Part shown: piece by piece, positions 61,001-64,000 of the stretch | Layout: each line of letters opens with the position of its first letter | How positions within the stretch are numbered: the stretch's first letter is position 1 | Origin: Squalus acanthias | Lineage: Eukaryota | Assembly (NCBI GenBank): GCA_030390025.1 | Contig: CM059441.1 | Span: forward strand, 53,258,001-53,322,000 | Direction of reading: 5' to 3' | DNA: 64,000 nucleotides | Program-made: the position numbers and the translations under genes | The notes under the pieces: generated by a model | Seen by the model: the letters and a program-made list of their open reading frames with translations, nothing else | The model's database searches: none | Told to the model about the DNA's origin: nothing

Positions 61001-61593
61001 AGCCCCGCCCACATTGTGACATGCGGCTCTGGCAGCCCCGCCCACATTGTGACATGCGGCTCTGGCAGCCCCGCCCACATTGTGACATGCGGCTCTGGCA
61101 GCCCCGCCCACATTGTGACATGCGGGTCTGGGAGCCCCGCCCACATTGTGGATGGGGGGTCTGGGAGGCCCGCCCACATTGTGACGGATGGGGTGTCTGG
61201 GAGCCCCGCCCACATTGTGACAGGGGTTTCTGGGAGCCCCCCCCCCACATTGTGACGGATGGGGGGAGTCTGGGAGCCCCGCCCACATTGTGACGGATGG
61301 GGGAGTCTGGGAGCCCCGCCCACATTGTGATGGATGGGGGCCTGGGAGCCCCGCCCACATTGTGACGGAAGGGGGGTTCTGGGAGCCACGCCCACATTGT
61401 GACGGATGGGGGTCTGGGAGCCCCGCCCACATTGTGATGGATGGGGGCCTGGGAGCCCCGCCCACATTGTGACGGACGGGGGGGTCAGGGAGCCCCGCCC
61501 ACATTGTGATGGATGGGGGCCTGGGAGCCCCGCCCACATTGTGGATGGGGGTCTGGGAGCCCCGCCCACATTGTGATGGATGGGGGGTCTGGG
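61001..61593. repeat. GC-rich minisatellite, about 17 units of 32-40 bp, core AGCCCCGCCCACATTGTGA
   Basis: Directly visible; near-invariant core with G-rich variable linker. Confidence 0.93.
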
Positions 61594-61714
61594 ATTGGCG
61601 GTTTCGCGCCTCGCGGGTGGTCCTGGCTCCGCTCCAAGTTGACGACGAACGATTGCTTGTTTAATCTCACCAACCGACTGTTGATATTCCCAGACAAGGT
61701 GAGAGAGGTGGTTA

Positions 61715-62623
61715 GATAAGAACATAAGAAATAGGCGCAAATGCGAGGCCATACTGCTCTCGAGCCTGATCCGCCATTCAATAAGATCATGGCTGATCAT
61801 TGACCTCAACTCCACTTTCCCACCCGATCCCCATATCCCTTGATTTCCCTCAAGTCCAAGAAACTGTCATTCTCTGTCTTGAACATAATCAACGACTGAG
61901 GATCCACAGACCTCTGGGGTAGAGAATTCAGAAGCTTCATAACCCTCTGAATGAAGAAATTCTTGCTCATCTCTGTCCTGTATGGCCGACCCCTTATCCT
62001 GAGACTGTGACCCCTAGTTCTAGACTCTGCAGCCAGTGGAAACAGTCTCTCAGCATCTACTCTGTCAAGCCCTCGAAGAATTTGATATGTTTCAATTAGA
62101 TCACCTCTCATTCTTCTAAACTCCAGAGAATATAGACCCATTCTACTCAATCTCTCCTCATAGGAAAGCCCATTCATCCCAGGGATCAATCTAGTGAGCC
62201 TTCATTGCACCCCCTCTAAGGCAAGTTTATCCTTCCTTAGGTAAGAAGACCAAAACTGTGCACAGTACACCAGGTAAGATCTCACCAAACCCCATATAAT
62301 TGCAGCAAGACTTCCTTATTCTTATATTGCAACCGACTTGCAATAAAGGCCAACATACCATTTGCCTTCCTAATTACTTGTGGTAGCTGCATGTTAACTT
62401 TCTGTGATTTGTGTACAAGGACTCCCAAATCCCTCTGAATATCACCATTTACTAGTTTCTCATATTTTACAAAATATTCTGCTTTTCTATTTTTCCTGCC
62501 AAATTGGATAATTTTACACTTCCACACATTATACTCCATCTGCCACCTTCTTACCAAATCACTTAACTGATCTATATCCCTTTGCAGCCACTTTATATCC
62601 TCCTCACAACTTACTTTCCCACC
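61715..62623 (-). mobile_element. CR1 LINE 3' fragment
   Basis: ORFs 61806-62189 and 62282-62635; TSD GGTTA at 61710-61714 and 62624-62628. Confidence 0.92.
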
Positions 62624-62819
62624 GGTTATACACAATCACAACACGGTTGCTGTGGTTATAAAAGCTGGAGACCTGGGTCTGGATGTTCTCCTCGAGTGAC
62701 ACCCAGAACTGACACGATTAGAACCCACAGTGGTGGAATTTCATACTGCCAACGTCACTCATAAACCTGACTGTGGCAGGGTTAGTACGGAAGGTAAATC
62801 TCTCATCCTGACACACTTC

Positions 62820-63285
62820 ACCAGAGACAGCATTCCTCTCCGAGAGAGACAGTACCCCCACCCCATAGATTGGCAGTACCCCTACCATAAAGAGACAGTA
62901 CCGCTCCCCCATAGATTGGCAGTACACCTACACTAGAGAGACAGTACCCCTACCCCACAGACTGGCAGTACACCTATACGAGAGAGACATTACCCCAAAC
63001 CCGAGAGAGAGTGTGTTTCTCCTCCCGAGAGAGACAGCAACCCTACACGTGAGAGGGAGTACCACAGTTTAGAAAAACTGTACCACAGACAAGAGACCCA
63101 GTAACCCTACCAGAGAGAGAGACAACATCGCTAACTTAGAGAGAGAGCACCCATAACTGACAGAGAAAGTACCGCTTCCAGAGAGAGAAAATACCCCTAC
63201 CTGAGAGAGTAAAATTAGTCGAGAGAGAGAGAAAATACCCCTAAAGTGAGAGACTGTATGCCCTCTGGAGAGACAGAACCTCAGC
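62820..63285. repeat. Degenerate GAGAGAGACAGTACCCC-type tandem repeats
   Basis: Irregular 25-55 bp units leading into the 16-mer array. Confidence 0.7.
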
Positions 63286-64000
63286 CAAGAGAGACAATGC
63301 CCGAGAGAGACAATTCCCGAGAGAGACAATGCCCGAGAGAGGCAATGCCTGAGAGAGACAATGCCCGAGAGAGACAATGCCCGAGAGAGAAAATTCCCGA
63401 GAGAGACAATGCCCGAGAGAGACAATGCCCGAGAGAGACAATGCCCGAGAGAGAAAATTCCCGAGAGACAATGCCCGAGAGAGACAATTCCCGAGAGAGA
63501 CAATGCCCGAGAGAGACAATTCCCGAGAGAGACAATGCCCGAGAGAGACAATTCCCGAGAGAGACAATGCCCGAGAGAGACAATTCCCGAGAGAGACAAT
63601 GCCCGAGAGAGACAATTCCCGAGAGAGACAATGCCCGAGAGAGACAATTCCCGAGAGAGACAATGCCCGAGAGAGACAATTCCCGAGAGAGGCAATGCCC
63701 GAGAGAGGCAATGCCCGAGAGAGACAATGCCCGAGAGAGACAATGCCCGAGAGAGACAATTCCCGAGAGAGACAATGCCCGAGAGAGACAATTCCCGAGA
63801 GAGACAATGCCCGAGAGAGGCAATGCCCGAGAGAGACAATGCCCGAGAGAGACAATGCTCGAGAGAAACAATGCCCGAGAGAGACAATGCCCGAGAGAGG
63901 CAATGCCCGAGAGAGACAATGCCCGAGAGAGACAATGCTCGAGAGAGACAATGCCCGAGAGAGACAATGCCCGAGAGAGACAATGCCCGAGAGAGACAAT
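63286..64000. repeat. 16-bp tandem array (CCCGAGAGAGACAAT[G/T])n running off the window end
   Basis: More than 40 near-identical units; explains the SLSGIVSLGHCLSRAL ORFs. Confidence 0.96.

Larger units (their letters stand above)
59420..62815 (+). mobile_element. Degraded LTR-retroelement remnant (gag-like, protease region, start of RT)
   Basis: Coiled-coil ORF 59606-59998; capsid-like ORF 60238-60531 with a TRQSPSEVPVE major-homology-region-like segment; the frame LFNLTNRLLIFPDKVREVV|IHNH...THKPDCGRV continues across a CR1 insertion. No catalytic motifs or paired LTRs visible. Confidence 0.5.

Noticed and set aside
61001-61593. CRISPR-like repeat-spacer appearance
   Set aside because: Linkers are short (about 13-20 bp) and related to one another, there are no cas genes, and the context is vertebrate; it is a minisatellite.
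63069-63999. Leu/Ser-rich 228-304 aa ORFs
   Set aside because: All three minus-strand frames are open because of the 16-bp repeat; there is no other coding evidence.

Overview
This is vertebrate genomic DNA, most likely from a cartilaginous fish, judged from HE1-like V-SINEs, SacSINE1-like DeuSINEs and abundant CR1 copies. Most of the window is transposable-element debris: many CR1 LINE fragments, a second CR1/Jockey-group LINE lineage, L2, RTE, Penelope-like elements, a 5'-truncated Tx1 LINE with a 14-bp target-site duplication (TSD), a full-length but decayed Gypsy LTR element (35441-39662), a degraded gag/pro/RT LTR-retroelement remnant, probable MITEs and several minisatellites. Two host immune-receptor gene relics can be read between the repeats. 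(1) A minus-strand Siglec/MAG-like pseudogene has four Ig exons (7034-1171); its V-set exon carries a frameshift, a stop and a mutated splice donor, and lacks the sialic-acid-binding Arg. (2) A plus-strand relic has a signal-peptide exon (44066-44111) followed, with no visible ectodomain or transmembrane exon, by open, phase-compatible Tyr-motif (YDDV) exons that resemble an SRCR-receptor (CD6/CD163/WC1-type) cytoplasmic tail; one of these exons is duplicated. Other notable structure includes minimal hammerhead-ribozyme motifs in Penelope termini, a TSD-flanked Penelope/RTE chimera and a four-level nested insertion. No intact conventional gene, RNA gene or CRISPR array is supported. Repeat boundaries are read by eye and are approximate unless a TSD is cited; family names come from motif recognition, not database searches.
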